DNA from: Macrostomum lignano
Lineage: Eukaryota
Reading direction: 5' to 3'
DNA length: 64,000 nt
Assembly (NCBI GenBank): GCA_002269645.1
Contig: NIVC01001185.1
Coordinates: 278,099 to 342,098 of the forward strand
Numbering within the stretch: the stretch's first letter is position 1; each line of letters begins with the position of its first letter. The notes beneath the pieces are model-generated. The model saw nothing but the letters and a program-made list of their open reading frames with translations. It was not told the DNA's origin and searched no databases. Below are positions 12,501 to 23,195 of this stretch, in pieces. Position numbers and translations under genes: made by a program.

Positions 12501-15500
12501 GTAGACAGTTGTCTATGGTAAAAACTCTGGCTTGTTGTAGACAGTTGTCTATGGTAAAAAGCCCGGCAGCAAAGGATTGAAGAGGGTGGAAATATACGAA
12601 TCCAAACTTGCAATCGATGGTCAGATTCTCGTTAAAGACAGAGAGCCAGCTTAACTCAATAAAGCGACTTTGCACGCATAAAGTGAACCTTCAGTTGACG
12701 GCAGCAGCATACCAGGGAATTAGCAACAGAATTCGGTGCTCAGTCATCATTTATGACATCAATTCATAAACTATATCTCAATTCCGCTCAGAGTCTGAGA
12801 AGTTTGACAACTCAGAGAAGTAATTGATCCCTTTATTCATACGGCCTATTTCATTTTACACTATGTAATTAATTCTTCTGCATCATATTTCGCACCGCGG
12901 CTTCTCATGCTCTGCTCTTGAATGCTGAACAGACGGCCCCAGGCAACGCAGTCCCTTCCAGGAAGCGTGTCGTTCTGCCAACCGGTGTACATCGACATTC
13001 GCTGCCGTTCCGCCGACTCGGAGCTGGAGCTCACGATACAGTCGTAGTTTTTGGATATGGCTATAATTATAAAAACAGAAACGGGCTGCAAGGATTAGTA
13101 CAGCAAACATTAGAGAAGGTAAAATATTTGCTAGAAATTGGCATCCGCCACGTTTACACACTGAAACTACTAGACTGAGCACTCAACCGATTAAATTTCC
13201 GGCCAACCAGTTTCGCTCAGTTGGTCAATAAGCGAATGCAAGCTTAAGTTTATTTGATCAACACGATCGCTTTTAGTAACTATGGAAATAGCAACGGTAG
13301 CCCCGATCGATATATGGTAAATTTAACAGCCGAAACATGGATAAAATTTAACGGTTATGAGCGTATTTGATCGGTGAAAGCTCCAAATTGAAACCAAATA
13401 TTCCAAATTCTTTACTCTGGGTGTTCTTATTTTTCCAACTGTGGTGTTTCAGAGGAATTTTATGGGAATTGGAGGGGCCGCAGCCCTTTCGTGTGGTGGT
13501 TGGCGACCCTGTCTGTCTCTTGGTGGGCGCCCCTGTCTCTTGGTGGGCGCCCCTGTTTCTTGGTGGGCTGGGCGCCCCTGTCTCTTGGTTAGCGCCCCTG
13601 TCTCTTGGTTAGCGCCCCTGTCTCTTGGTTAGCGCCCCTGTCTCTTGGTTAGCGCCCCTGTCTCTTGGTTAGCGCCCCTGTCTCTTGGTGGGCGCCCCTG
13701 TCTCTTGGTGGGCGCCCCTGTCTCTTGGTGGGCGCTCCTGTCTCTTGGTGGGCACCCCTGTCTCTTGGTGGGCGCCCCTGTCTGTCTCTTGGTGGGCGCC
13801 CCTGTCTCTTGGTGGGCGCCCCTGTCTGTCTCTTGGTGGGCGCCCCTGTCTGTCTCTTGGTGGGCGCCCCTGTCTCTTGGTGGGCGCTCCTGTCTCTTGG
13901 TGGGCACCCCTGTCTCTTGGTGGGCGCCCCTGTCTGTCTCTTGGTGGGCGCCCCTGTCTCTTGGTGGGCGCCCCTGTCTGTCTCTTGGTGGGCGCCCCTG
14001 TCTGTCTCTTGGTGGGCGCCCCTGTCTCTTGGTGGGCGCTCCTGTCTCTTGGTGGGCGCCCCTGTTTCTTGGTGGGCTGGACGCCCCTGTCTCTTGGTTA
14101 GCGTCCCTGTCTGCCTCTTGGTGGGCGCCCCTGTCTCTTGGTTAGCGCCCCTGTCTCTTAGTGGATGCCCCTATCTCTTAGTGGGCACCCCTACCCCGGT
14201 GGATTCCCGTTCAAGTTTTGTCAAAAGTTGAGCTCCTGTCATTCGTCGGGCTTGTTTACCACTTTCGTTTAGATTTTGGAGAAGCCCCACTGCTTTAGGG
14301 CGCGCCCCGATGGCCACCCTGCAAACGCCATTGATTTTTTCCTGTATATTGAATGGGTCTACGATAACTGCCTTCCATTCCTCCCCCTGAAATACGATAC
14401 TGAGCAATAAAATAAACCAAGAAATTTTATTAGTGCTGCATTTTAGAAGTCATAAATTCATATTGCACAATTTACACTTTTTATAGCTAGATGTGGTAAT
14501 TAATAGAGTACCCAGGCTTACCATTTTTTCAGAAAATGTTCTGTAAAATATGCCTTTTAGAAGCTAGTCATTATTGTTATTATCTGGGATGCTCTGTGTA
14601 AAACCTGGGATTTCCGGCTTTTCCGGCTTTTGATAGTCAGATTTGCACTTCTCTATTGAACTATTAATTAATTCATGTCGGCAAAACTACAAAAAATTCT
14701 TGAATATACAAGAACAAAATTTATATTTTCAGGTGTTGATTAACTTCACTACTTATGTTTGAGCGGTAGCGAATAATGATTCTCGATATCAGTATTTGTT
14801 AAATATTATCGCTGTAGCATTTCTGGCAGTCTAATTTGAACAGGTGCAACCTTATCGATTTAAGGCGTTCTCAAACTCACGACAGTAAGGTATGTCGCAC
14901 AATGCAGCATTCAGCCTGCCGCTCTCATCGTCCGTAAAAAAGCAATAAGGCCCGTCTGAAAATGCCGCTAAGTTGCTGAAGTTTTCGATGTGCATAGGCT
15001 GGCTGTCTGGAATCAAATCAAAGATTTGAGCGTGAGCAATTTCTTTATTAGATTAGTAAGTTACTGTGAAATTGGACTTGCCGACATCCCGGATCTGCAG
15101 GATGACGGCAATGCTACTGTCTGAACCGCAGGTCTGTAGGCGGCTGTTGGCGCACGGTGATGTACAGTTTGTTCGACTGCTGTTGTCAACGCCGTCCAAT
15201 CGTCCGCACAGACAGTCGCCACCGGTCACGAGAGCCGCATAAGGGAAATTGTAGCGATCGCAGCACTCGGCGCAGGTCTCATGCGCTTCGATGCCGTTTC
15301 TGTAGCAGGTGAAGTTGAATGCAGCCGCGGTCGCTGCATCAGTCACGGGGAAGCAACCGATCTGTTGAAGCTTAGGACCTAAAGCGAGTAGGAAAAAGTT
15401 GTTCAGAAAGCACCCGGATATTAACAGTATTAACAGTAAGAGTATACCAAACCATTTTTAGAAAATTCTTCGTGCTTTAACAATTACTTGATTGCTAGCA

Positions 15501-16848
15501 AACTTTTTGTTGGGCAGCCTCTCTAACAAGAATCAAGTCGCCAGCCCTCCGGACCGTTAAGGCATTCAACAGTTCAGCAAGAAGATCGGATTTTGCATCA
15601 GAGCAGCCTTGGCAAGCCTCTAAATTTCATCAGAACGTCGACCAAATGTGTTTGTATCAGCTCTGACTTCGCAGGTCACTGGATTTCACCCAGGCGGCGC
15701 TTCTGGGAGGTAACACCTGGTGACCATGGACATCTCATTGCGAATTTCTCTGATGTCTCTGATCAAGCCTCGACAATGGTCAAACCTCTACTGGTAGGTA
15801 TCCGCAGTTAGTCTCTTAAACATTCAGCCATCGACAGACGCCAGACCCAGACGCCATCGACACTTTCAACCGGGGGGCTGGATTCCCCCTATGATAGTTC
15901 TACTGTTAATTAACCTAAGAGGTTTTGTTGAATTACTTACGAGTTGCTTTGTGTAGAAACGTCAATAGAGGTAAACCAGGAGGAGAGCGGCATCGAGTCT
16001 CATTGTCCGAGAAGTTAAGAGACAGCAGGCTCGCAGCCAGGCTGGCCTCGCCTCTGCTCTGCAGCATCCGAGCTGCATCGTTCCATCTCATACACGGCGT
16101 CCTAGTGATGTAGGGCTTTAAACTCGGGACAGCTGTGTAGTTAAAGTACCTTGTGTCGTTGAAGTCCAGCCGAACTGTTGAGTACCCGTATACCACAGCC
16201 GAGCTGACGTTGCCTGTGTAATCATTGCCAGTGAGACTAGTTCGGCAATCCAAATCTTGGCCTACGGTGTTCAATGGAATTTTTCTAAAAGTTAGTCGTA
16301 CTGACAACAATAATAGTTTATAATAAGCAACTTTTATTAATTATGTTAAACTTGCCGTTAAGAGGCACCTGTAACGACTTCATCAGCGATTCCTCGGTGC
16401 TTTGAATGACATCTAGAAATGCTTTGGTCGGCTCGTTCAGTACAGAATCAGTTTTTTTAGATAGATCAAAACTGTAGAATTCGATTTTTTCGCTTGTGTT
16501 CTTCTTAGTAAGATGCTCCATGTTCTCAATATTGAAGGTTGTCAACTTTTCTACCATGCGACTGGCCGTGATGGCCCGCGTGGGACAGATGTACACATCC
16601 GGGAACTGGAACTTTAACGAGGACATGCTCATGCTGGTCATCACTGGGGCCTGAAGGAACCTTTCAAACAAAGTGGACAGGTGGTACGCAAACCCGCTGT
16701 AGGTGCCTAGCAGGAATAGGACCCAGATGAGCCTGCCAACTTGGCTGGACTGCTCAGAGAATCTGCCAAGTCCGTGAGCAGTTGTGTAGCCACAGAAACT
16801 GTTCACTGGTGCGCTCAGCTTCCGTGATGAGGAGTTGTAGCTACTCAT
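9556..16848 (-). CDS. DEG/ENaC (amiloride-sensitive Na+ channel family) subunit with kringle-like, WSC and kringle-like inserts; 10 exons, ~964 aa
   Basis: Exons 16848-16356, 16261-15941, 15378-15082, 13060-12896, 11755-11632, 11552-11419, 11338-10974, 10899-10700, 10441-9828 and 9737-9556 total 2895 nt, open throughout. Motifs: TTAHG, TM1, FPDVYICP, SCSFAGQKC..F..FEHPQLGMCHQF, thumb Cys (YCKCLP, CQPPC), and ADFGG-ILGLWCGVS..TM2. Only one TM1 and one TM2 occur in the region. Confidence 0.85.
12313..12560. repeat. 36-bp minisatellite (GGCTTGTTGTAGACAGTTGTCTATGGTAAAAAGTCT), intronic in the DEG/ENaC gene
   Basis: ~7 tandem copies. Confidence 0.92.
12896..13060 (-). CDS. Exon encoding the N-terminal half of the second kringle-like module (continues in 11755-11632 and 11552-11419)
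   Basis: YDCIV...MYTGWQNDTLPGRDCVAW, then NYCRS and SEVPAC in the next exons, matching kringle C..Y.G...T..G..C..W / NYCR / P.C. Phase 1-1 exon of 165 nt. Confidence 0.6.
13500..14175. repeat. 20/24-bp minisatellite (GGCGCCCCTGTCTCTTGGTG), intronic
   Basis: Tandem copies, with a variant carrying an extra TCTG. Confidence 0.93.
15082..15378 (-). CDS. WSC domain exon of the DEG/ENaC gene
   Basis: QIGCFP...FTCY...ETCAECCDRYNFPYAALVTGGDCLCG...NCTSPCANSRLQTCGS is the WSC Cys pattern (GC; C..C; YA..G..C.CG; C...C....CG). Acceptor CTTTAG, phase 1. Confidence 0.85.
15941..16261 (-). CDS. First kringle-like exon of the DEG/ENaC gene
   Basis: DCRTSLTGNDYTGNVS...TRTPCMRW...NETRCRSPPG. Phase 1-1 exon of 321 nt with a GTAAGT donor. 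Only 3 of the 6 kringle Cys are visible. Confidence 0.65.
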
Positions 16849-19768
16849 GGCTAGTGGTGTGTTTTTTGGTTGGGCCTGACGGTGTAAAAAATGTTTAAGC
16901 TGCAGCCGTTTAAGCTCAGCTAAAAGAATAGCTGAGAATATTTGCGTCAGTATCGAGAATTTAAGTCAAAGCACTTTTTCGTCCGTTTTCTGCTGAAATA
17001 GACTGCGTGGAATATAATAGCTTGTTCAGAAACGGCTGAGCCAATACAATTCATGTGTGCCCAGAAACGGACTGTTTCCTGTACCTGCAGCCTCGTAAAG
17101 TCCTCAACTAGTTCTGTCTACCGTGTACGCTGAAATTAATTTGGAAAATGAGATTGACAGAATGCATGTTTACATTTACCAAACATATTACTTTGTCAGT
17201 AGAAACTTCAGTGCCTGTACATGAACAACTGAAGTACCAGGACGCTACAAGTACACTCGATTTCTTAGATGTGATCTGGAGGCCGGTAAGGAGAGTGTAT
17301 TTGCCGTATCGCCAGTGCATTTAGTATGCTCTCGAGAGAACGCATAGCTATGAATGAGGTTCGTCGTATTCTTTTTTGTGCCTTTGCAATTCACATAAAT
17401 ATACTCGTACAGAACATCGCGATGGCAATTCCGGAAACTTTGCGCATTCTCAGAAACATCGATAATGATCGTTATTTACGCAATTTGGTCTTTAAAAAAG
17501 ATTCCGTTTGCAATGATTTACATCGCATCATCCAATAAACTATATACAGTGCTTATTTATTATGTCATAAGTCACACTGCACCTGACTTATAAAGGTCAG
17601 TATTTGTACCTATATTTTTTCTGATAGGAAAATATACACAAAAACAATCCGAAATATACAGAGTGCAATGCTGAATGCCAAAATTCTGTAGCTACGCTTT
17701 AAACTTCCAGCAACTGAAAACTCCGTCCAGGAGACCTTTATCGAGAATATGGAGAGTCAACTTCACATCTAACGCCGATTTGATCAGATATCAGGATAAA
17801 AAAGAAAAATTTTAGGACCTTGTATACATGTAAGTCTGGTTGTCTGTCATAGCTTCATGAAAAAGTGCGTCTCTTTCACAAACGCGGAATTTCACAACTG
17901 CAAACCTTCAAAACCGCTAAATCGCCTACTTTAATAAGCGCTATAAATTTCATAAATGCGAAACTTCACAACCGCGAAACTTCATAACCGCAAAACTTCA
18001 ACTTCACAACCGCTAAAAAGACTTCGGTTGTTTAAGTTTCGCGTTTATGAAAGCAAGTGCTTTTAGCGGTCGTGAAATTTCGCTTTTGTGAAACCCACCC
18101 CATGAATTCATCACAATTCCATCTTGACACCAAGGCTCAAGAAGGAGTTGCTGAGATTCCACGGTTAAGAGGGGTTACCGATATTTTAGGCTATAGATTT
18201 TTTCTATCATGTCGACTGGTAATTCTCGATACAAGGTGCTAATACTAGTTATTTTGCTAAATTTATCATAAAATTTCGTTCATGATTAAAACCCTGTTGT
18301 CTGCAGATATTTGAGTATATGTTAGCTGTAAGCTCATTGAATTGCCGAAAAATCTGGTTTTGAAAAGTCCCATGCGCTTTAAACAACCAGCTTCATCAAA
18401 TATCGCCATAAAATCCGCTATAAAACCTGGCAAGAAGGATAGTGAAAATTTTCTGTAACAAAAATTAATGTTGTTTATTCTAAGCAAAAAATCTGGTGTT
18501 GTGAATTAAACTAGAATCAAGGCCTGTGCGTTACCTGATAGACTGGTGGCCTGGACAAACTTGGAACCGCTCTGATAAGGGGTTATTGCTCAGATTTTAC
18601 TGTCAGCGCCAGTCAGAAGCTGAGCGTCAGTCACTCAATAGCAGCCACGGTGCTTCCGGTTGCCCTATCTGTTTACGCAAGCAATCTCATAAGATAATTG
18701 AATTAGGCGGAGTGGAATAAAAGTCTATTTTGTATAGACATCATTAAAGGGAAGTAAACAGTGTTCTCTGTTTTTATGCCATAACAATATTTTGGGTGAA
18801 GCGGAGACTTTTAATAATTAATATAAATAAGTACTCTGCTACTAAAAGCAATTTTATATGCCACCCACCCCACCAGGATCAGTTAGTGGGAGCCATATAC
18901 CCCACGAAATCATTTACTGGTAGCCATATACCCGACCAGGTCATTCAGTGGTAGTCTTACGACCCACCAAAGTACTTCAGTGGTAATTCTATGAATAATC
19001 CGTGTGGACATTTCAACACACTGCAATGAAAAATCATTGTTCTTATGGCTTGGGAGATGCAAACACACTGTATGATTTCCACGTGAGTGAGGCATTCAAT
19101 TGAAGCCTGCAACAATAGACTGAAAAGGCAGTGTGTACATACTCGTACTCGTGCATGGGCTTCAATAAGCCTCGTAAATAATTTCCCAATTCTCTATTGT
19201 TGTTGCTGCTGCCACTAGACTGGAAAAAAATTGATCAACACAAAAGCTACGGCACCATTGGGAAGATGTGCCGGTCATGTGAGCCGCTTAGAAAGAGGAG
19301 AGAGAGAGAGCAGGAGAGTATAATCAAAGAAAAAAATTGGTTGAAAAGCGCGGTTTTGTCGGAAGGGTAAAAACAATGGGACATGTAGTTTCTGAGCTCT
19401 CAGCTAGGTGCCCAGAAGAGGACGCTGGGAAAAAGGCGGCTGCATGAGGTGGGATGTGGAGACTCCCAAATGGAGAGAGTTTGGAGAAATTGGAGAGGGG
19501 AAGAGAAATGGGCTGGGAATAAAATATGAAAATACAGGGAGAATTGATGGTTAATGCTGGGTTTGGCAAACGGACGAACAATGAGAAAGTGGTGGAGATT
19601 TATGATAGGTTCAGAGAAATAAAAAGGTGAATATCCACATCACACAGGCGTTCCTATTGGTCCTGATCTAAGAAAATCGCAGTATAAATTATTATTAAGA
19701 TTTTTATTAGTGACCAGGTGTTTCAAGGGTTAGTGTTCCAGGAGTAACTAATTCAATTGCTGATAACA

Positions 19769-20099
19769 ATGACTCTAATCACCCGGCTTCTTTTTCTTAG
19801 TTGCTCGCTGTCTGTCTCCATGGCAGCCCTGACAATTGTATGCGAAAATGATACAATGACGGCCGACTGCGCAACCCAGGTGATATCCGTTTCCATAGCA
19901 ACATTCGGCAAGTCGAGCATGTTCTCCGCCTCGTGTCCGAACCAGTCGCCGACTGAGTGCAACAGCGGCACCGCCTACGGGCTGATCAGCGACGCCTGCG
20001 AGGGCCAGAACAGCTGCTCGATGGCCGCGAGTAAAGCACTGTTTGGCGATCCGTGTCCCGGATACGAGAGCTACATGGTGCTGTATTACAGCTGTACAG
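19769..20099 (+). CDS. Signal peptide + SUEL-type (galactose/rhamnose-binding) lectin domain exon
   Basis: MTLITRLLFLSCSLSVSMA leader, then VCE..C...FGK...C...C...CEGQNSC...FGDPCPGYESYMVLYYSC with all 8 Cys. No stop; ends at the donor G|GTGAGG in phase 1. Confidence 0.88.
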
Positions 20100-20174
20100 G
20101 TGAGGCGTTGAGGTTTCAACAGTACAACAGATCGATTTTCAAACGGGTGCCATTTTTTATTCGGTCCTTTTTCT

Positions 20175-20620
20175 TCATGGTTGGACTGTCAGTTCCTCAG
20201 TTTGACTGGCACGGAATGAAAGTCCTTCATCACAGTGGGACTGTCAGTTCCTCAGTTTGACTGGCACGGAATGAAAGTCCTTCATCACAGTGGGACTGTC
20301 AGTTCCTCAGTTTGACTGGCACGGAATGAAAGTCCTTCATCACAGTGGGACTGTCAGTTCCTCAGTTTGACTGGCACGGAATGAAAGTCCTTCATCACAG
20401 TGGGACTGTCAGTTCCTCAGTTTGACTGGCACGGAATGAAAGTCCTTCATCACAGTGGGACTGTCAGTTCCTCAGTTTGACTGGCACGGAATGAAAGTCC
20501 TTCATCACAGTGGGACTGTCAGTTCCTCAGTTTGACTGGCACGGAATGAAAGTCCTTCATCACAGTGGGACTGTCAGTTCCTCAGTTTAACTGGCGCGGA
20601 ATGAAATTCCTTCATCACAA
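20175..20620. repeat. 55-bp minisatellite, ~8 copies, in the intron following the SUEL exon
   Basis: Period of 55 measured between CTGTCAGTTC at 20186 and 20241. Copies are near-identical with no spacers. Confidence 0.95.
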
Positions 20621-21968
20621 TTAGAGTTAAGCTTTATAATATGAATCCGTAAAGTGCAAGTTTGCTGCAAAGGTAAGTACAAAGGTAGGTCATAAAGTCT
20701 GCTTAGTCTATTTAAAATTAGACTATCAAAACTCACTACAGACAGACAAATTCCTCTGCTGAATTCTGTCAAAGTACATTGTATGCATAATGAATTTTAC
20801 CTGTTAGCAATCCTAGCACGTAATCTTTTAATTACGATACTGAATTTTCAAGTCTTTCCAAGACACTTATTTTTACCTGACATGTTGAAAAATTCGAAGT
20901 AACTCAACGATGCTGAAGTCAGTAATTCTTTTATTTAAACAAATACACGATCACGATCGTTGCTGTGAAAGCAATCGACACGTTGGATAGTAGAACACTC
21001 GATCTATTATGGTTTGATTTTGAACAGCACCGTAAAAAAACCTGTTCACCCGTGTCACTTTTCGAAGTTGACACAAAAGATTCCACGATTCCACTATATA
21101 TCTGTTTGGTGATTGGTCCTATACTTAGAATATGTAAAGTGTAAAGTGTAAAGTGTACAGTAAGAAAAAAGTCACTCAATTATCGGCACAAACTCGGTCT
21201 AGGCCTACGAAGGATCAGTAAAAGTCCTTACAAAACTTATCTATCTAGCGGCGCCATTGTAACATTTTTGTGTCGACTAGAAAACAATTGCTGACATGAC
21301 AGCTGCAGTGTGGAAATAACCGCGTGCATGATCATGTTTTTTGAGTCGAAATTTTTTGATAAGACTGAGTCAGAGCCATTACAGGAAAACTTGTAAATTT
21401 TTACCAAAGATAAGGGTAGCGACGCGACCAAGGCAATCAAATACTCGTACATGTATAGCTCATTTTGCTTTTTTAGGCGGGCTCTATTGATATATACATT
21501 GTCGCTAGTAGTAGCTCCGTACATCAAAGGTTGCTCATGATAGTATTTGAATTTCATTCCTTATATGTATTTGATGCTAGTAAGTTAGCCAACTAAATCA
21601 CACTGCGTTGCCGAATTAAAAGTGAACAGTGAATTTACGAGCTGTATTGTCGCAAGTTGATTGGCTTCAATTAACTACCTGTACATTTTATTGCCCTCTC
21701 GATAAACCATTTACCTGCGAAAGATTTTTTTCTGCGTACATAATATAGTGAGCACTGGACCCGCCGTGGCCTTCTCTGCTCGGTCTTATCTCCCCCCTTC
21801 ACAGTCTGTCTCCAAACTAACCCCAGTTAGTCTCTCCAGCCGCGTGCAGAGTAACAAGTGCAAACTTCATAGCTAGATTTTTTCTATCTATTATAAACCC
21901 GCAAGCTAAGAGAAGTAACAAACTTTTCAGAGGCTCGTATAGTTTAGAGTTTTGTTTTACCAGCAAAA

Positions 21969-23195
21969 ATGGAGGGCACAATGTTTTTCACACTTCGTCA
22001 AGCCAATTGCACGCCGGAGTTTCGTCGGGCAGCCTACAATCCCTCGGACACTGTCCGGGTGACCATCTACAGCTTGACAGTGTTGCAGGCCGCCATTCTG
22101 CCTGTTGGGGCTGCCCTCAACATTGCCTGTTTTGCTACCCTGCTGCGCTATCCACTTGGTGCCGAGGTGAACGGGCACTTTGTGAGTTTCAGCGTCTGCG
22201 ATACAGCGTTTCTCCTGTTTAATCTGCTCGACACCATCAGCCATTGTGTCGAGAACTCAACACCGTTGACTGACGGTCCGGAACCCTTCAACTACATTGC
22301 CTATGTCCATCCGATTGCGTGGACACTGCGCAGTGTGGTGTACACTGCTCACAGTTGGCAGACGGTGCTGCTCAGCGGCCTCAAATGGCTACGCATCTGC
22401 CGGCCGCTGTCGGCCCTGCCAGAGTCCAGAATTCGCCACCTCATCGGGCTTGTATGGCTGTACAGTCTGGTCACCAGCATTCCACCGATTCTGCTGTTCC
22501 AAGCATTTGTCACGGTTCTGTATGCCAACTGCCATGACCAGGGCTTCCGGGTCGCCGGCAGCGGTTATCACCGACTCTACAGCATCGACAACAGTGGAGA
22601 CGTTGGTGGCGGCATCATACCGCCCGCCATTCCACCGTCATTTGTCGCCGTGAATGCGTCCTTGCTGCCGGCGCTTATCTGCCTGATCTGCAGTCTGGGC
22701 ATCGTGTGGCGCCTGCGACACCCAGTCCTGCATCATCTACGGCGTCGCCGGCATCTCCGTCGGCAAGAAAACTTCCTGGATCCTGGCGCAGCTCGGCTAG
22801 GCCGCGAAGCCACTCGCGCAGTGCTCATGTCGGCTAACAGTTTCCTGCTCTTCCAAATCCCGATGGTTATCTGGACACTGGTGGACACCTGGTACTGGAA
22901 GCTGCTGCAGCCGGCGGTCTTCTCTATGCTCGTTGTAGTCAGCAACACAATCAGCCAAGCATTCTTTGCGGTGGACCTGTCGGTGTGTCTTCACAGCAAT
23001 CACCAGTTTTCTAGCAACCTTCGAAGATACCTGCAGCCGTTTTGCCAGTGCAGAAAGCACTTCAAGCAGCAAAAACAGCAGCAGAAGCAGGGCAACAAGC
23101 AGTTTGAGCTTCGACGACTTCGAGGCTTTTCGGACTGCAATGGCGTGGAAGAGCAGGCCGGGACCTTCTCTATCTGCAGCTCAACTTTGATCTGA
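21969..23195 (+). CDS. Divergent class A (rhodopsin-like, peptide-receptor-like) 7TM GPCR, single 408-aa exon
   Basis: Seven hydrophobic segments: TM1 G..LN, TM2 SVCD, TM3 LKWLRICRP (DRY position), TM4 W, TM5 LLP, TM6 FLLFQIP, TM7. A strong acceptor TTTTGTTTTACCAG ends at 21963. Confidence 0.88.
   Translation: MEGTMFFTLRQANCTPEFRRAAYNPSDTVRVTIYSLTVLQAAILPVGAALNIACFATLLRYPLGAEVNGHFVSFSVCDTAFLLFNLLDTISHCVENSTPLTDGPEPFNYIAYVHPIAWTLRSVVYTAHSWQTVLLSGLKWLRICRPLSALPESRIRHLIGLVWLYSLVTSIPPILLFQAFVTVLYANCHDQGFRVAGSGYHRLYSIDNSGDVGGGIIPPAIPPSFVAVNASLLPALICLICSLGIVWRLRHPVLHHLRRRRHLRRQENFLDPGAARLGREATRAVLMSANSFLLFQIPMVIWTLVDTWYWKLLQPAVFSMLVVVSNTISQAFFAVDLSVCLHSNHQFSSNLRRYLQPFCQCRKHFKQQKQQQKQGNKQFELRRLRGFSDCNGVEEQAGTFSICSSTLI

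Noticed and set aside
14171-14407. 78-aa ORF as an additional DEG/ENaC exon
   Set aside because: It has a plausible acceptor, but two alternative frame/donor solutions exist and the model is in frame without it. Left unassigned.
9556-16848. Two separate genes (a DEG/ENaC fragment plus an independent Kremen-like gene)
   Set aside because: The kringle/WSC exons have no signal peptide, TM or stop of their own, and all junctions are phase-compatible with a single channel ORF. Not fully excluded without transcripts.
20175-20620. Regularly spaced 55-bp repeats suggesting a CRISPR array (likewise the 49-bp, 40-bp and 238-bp arrays)
   Set aside because: Copies are head-to-tail with no unique spacers, there are no cas genes, and the context is eukaryotic.
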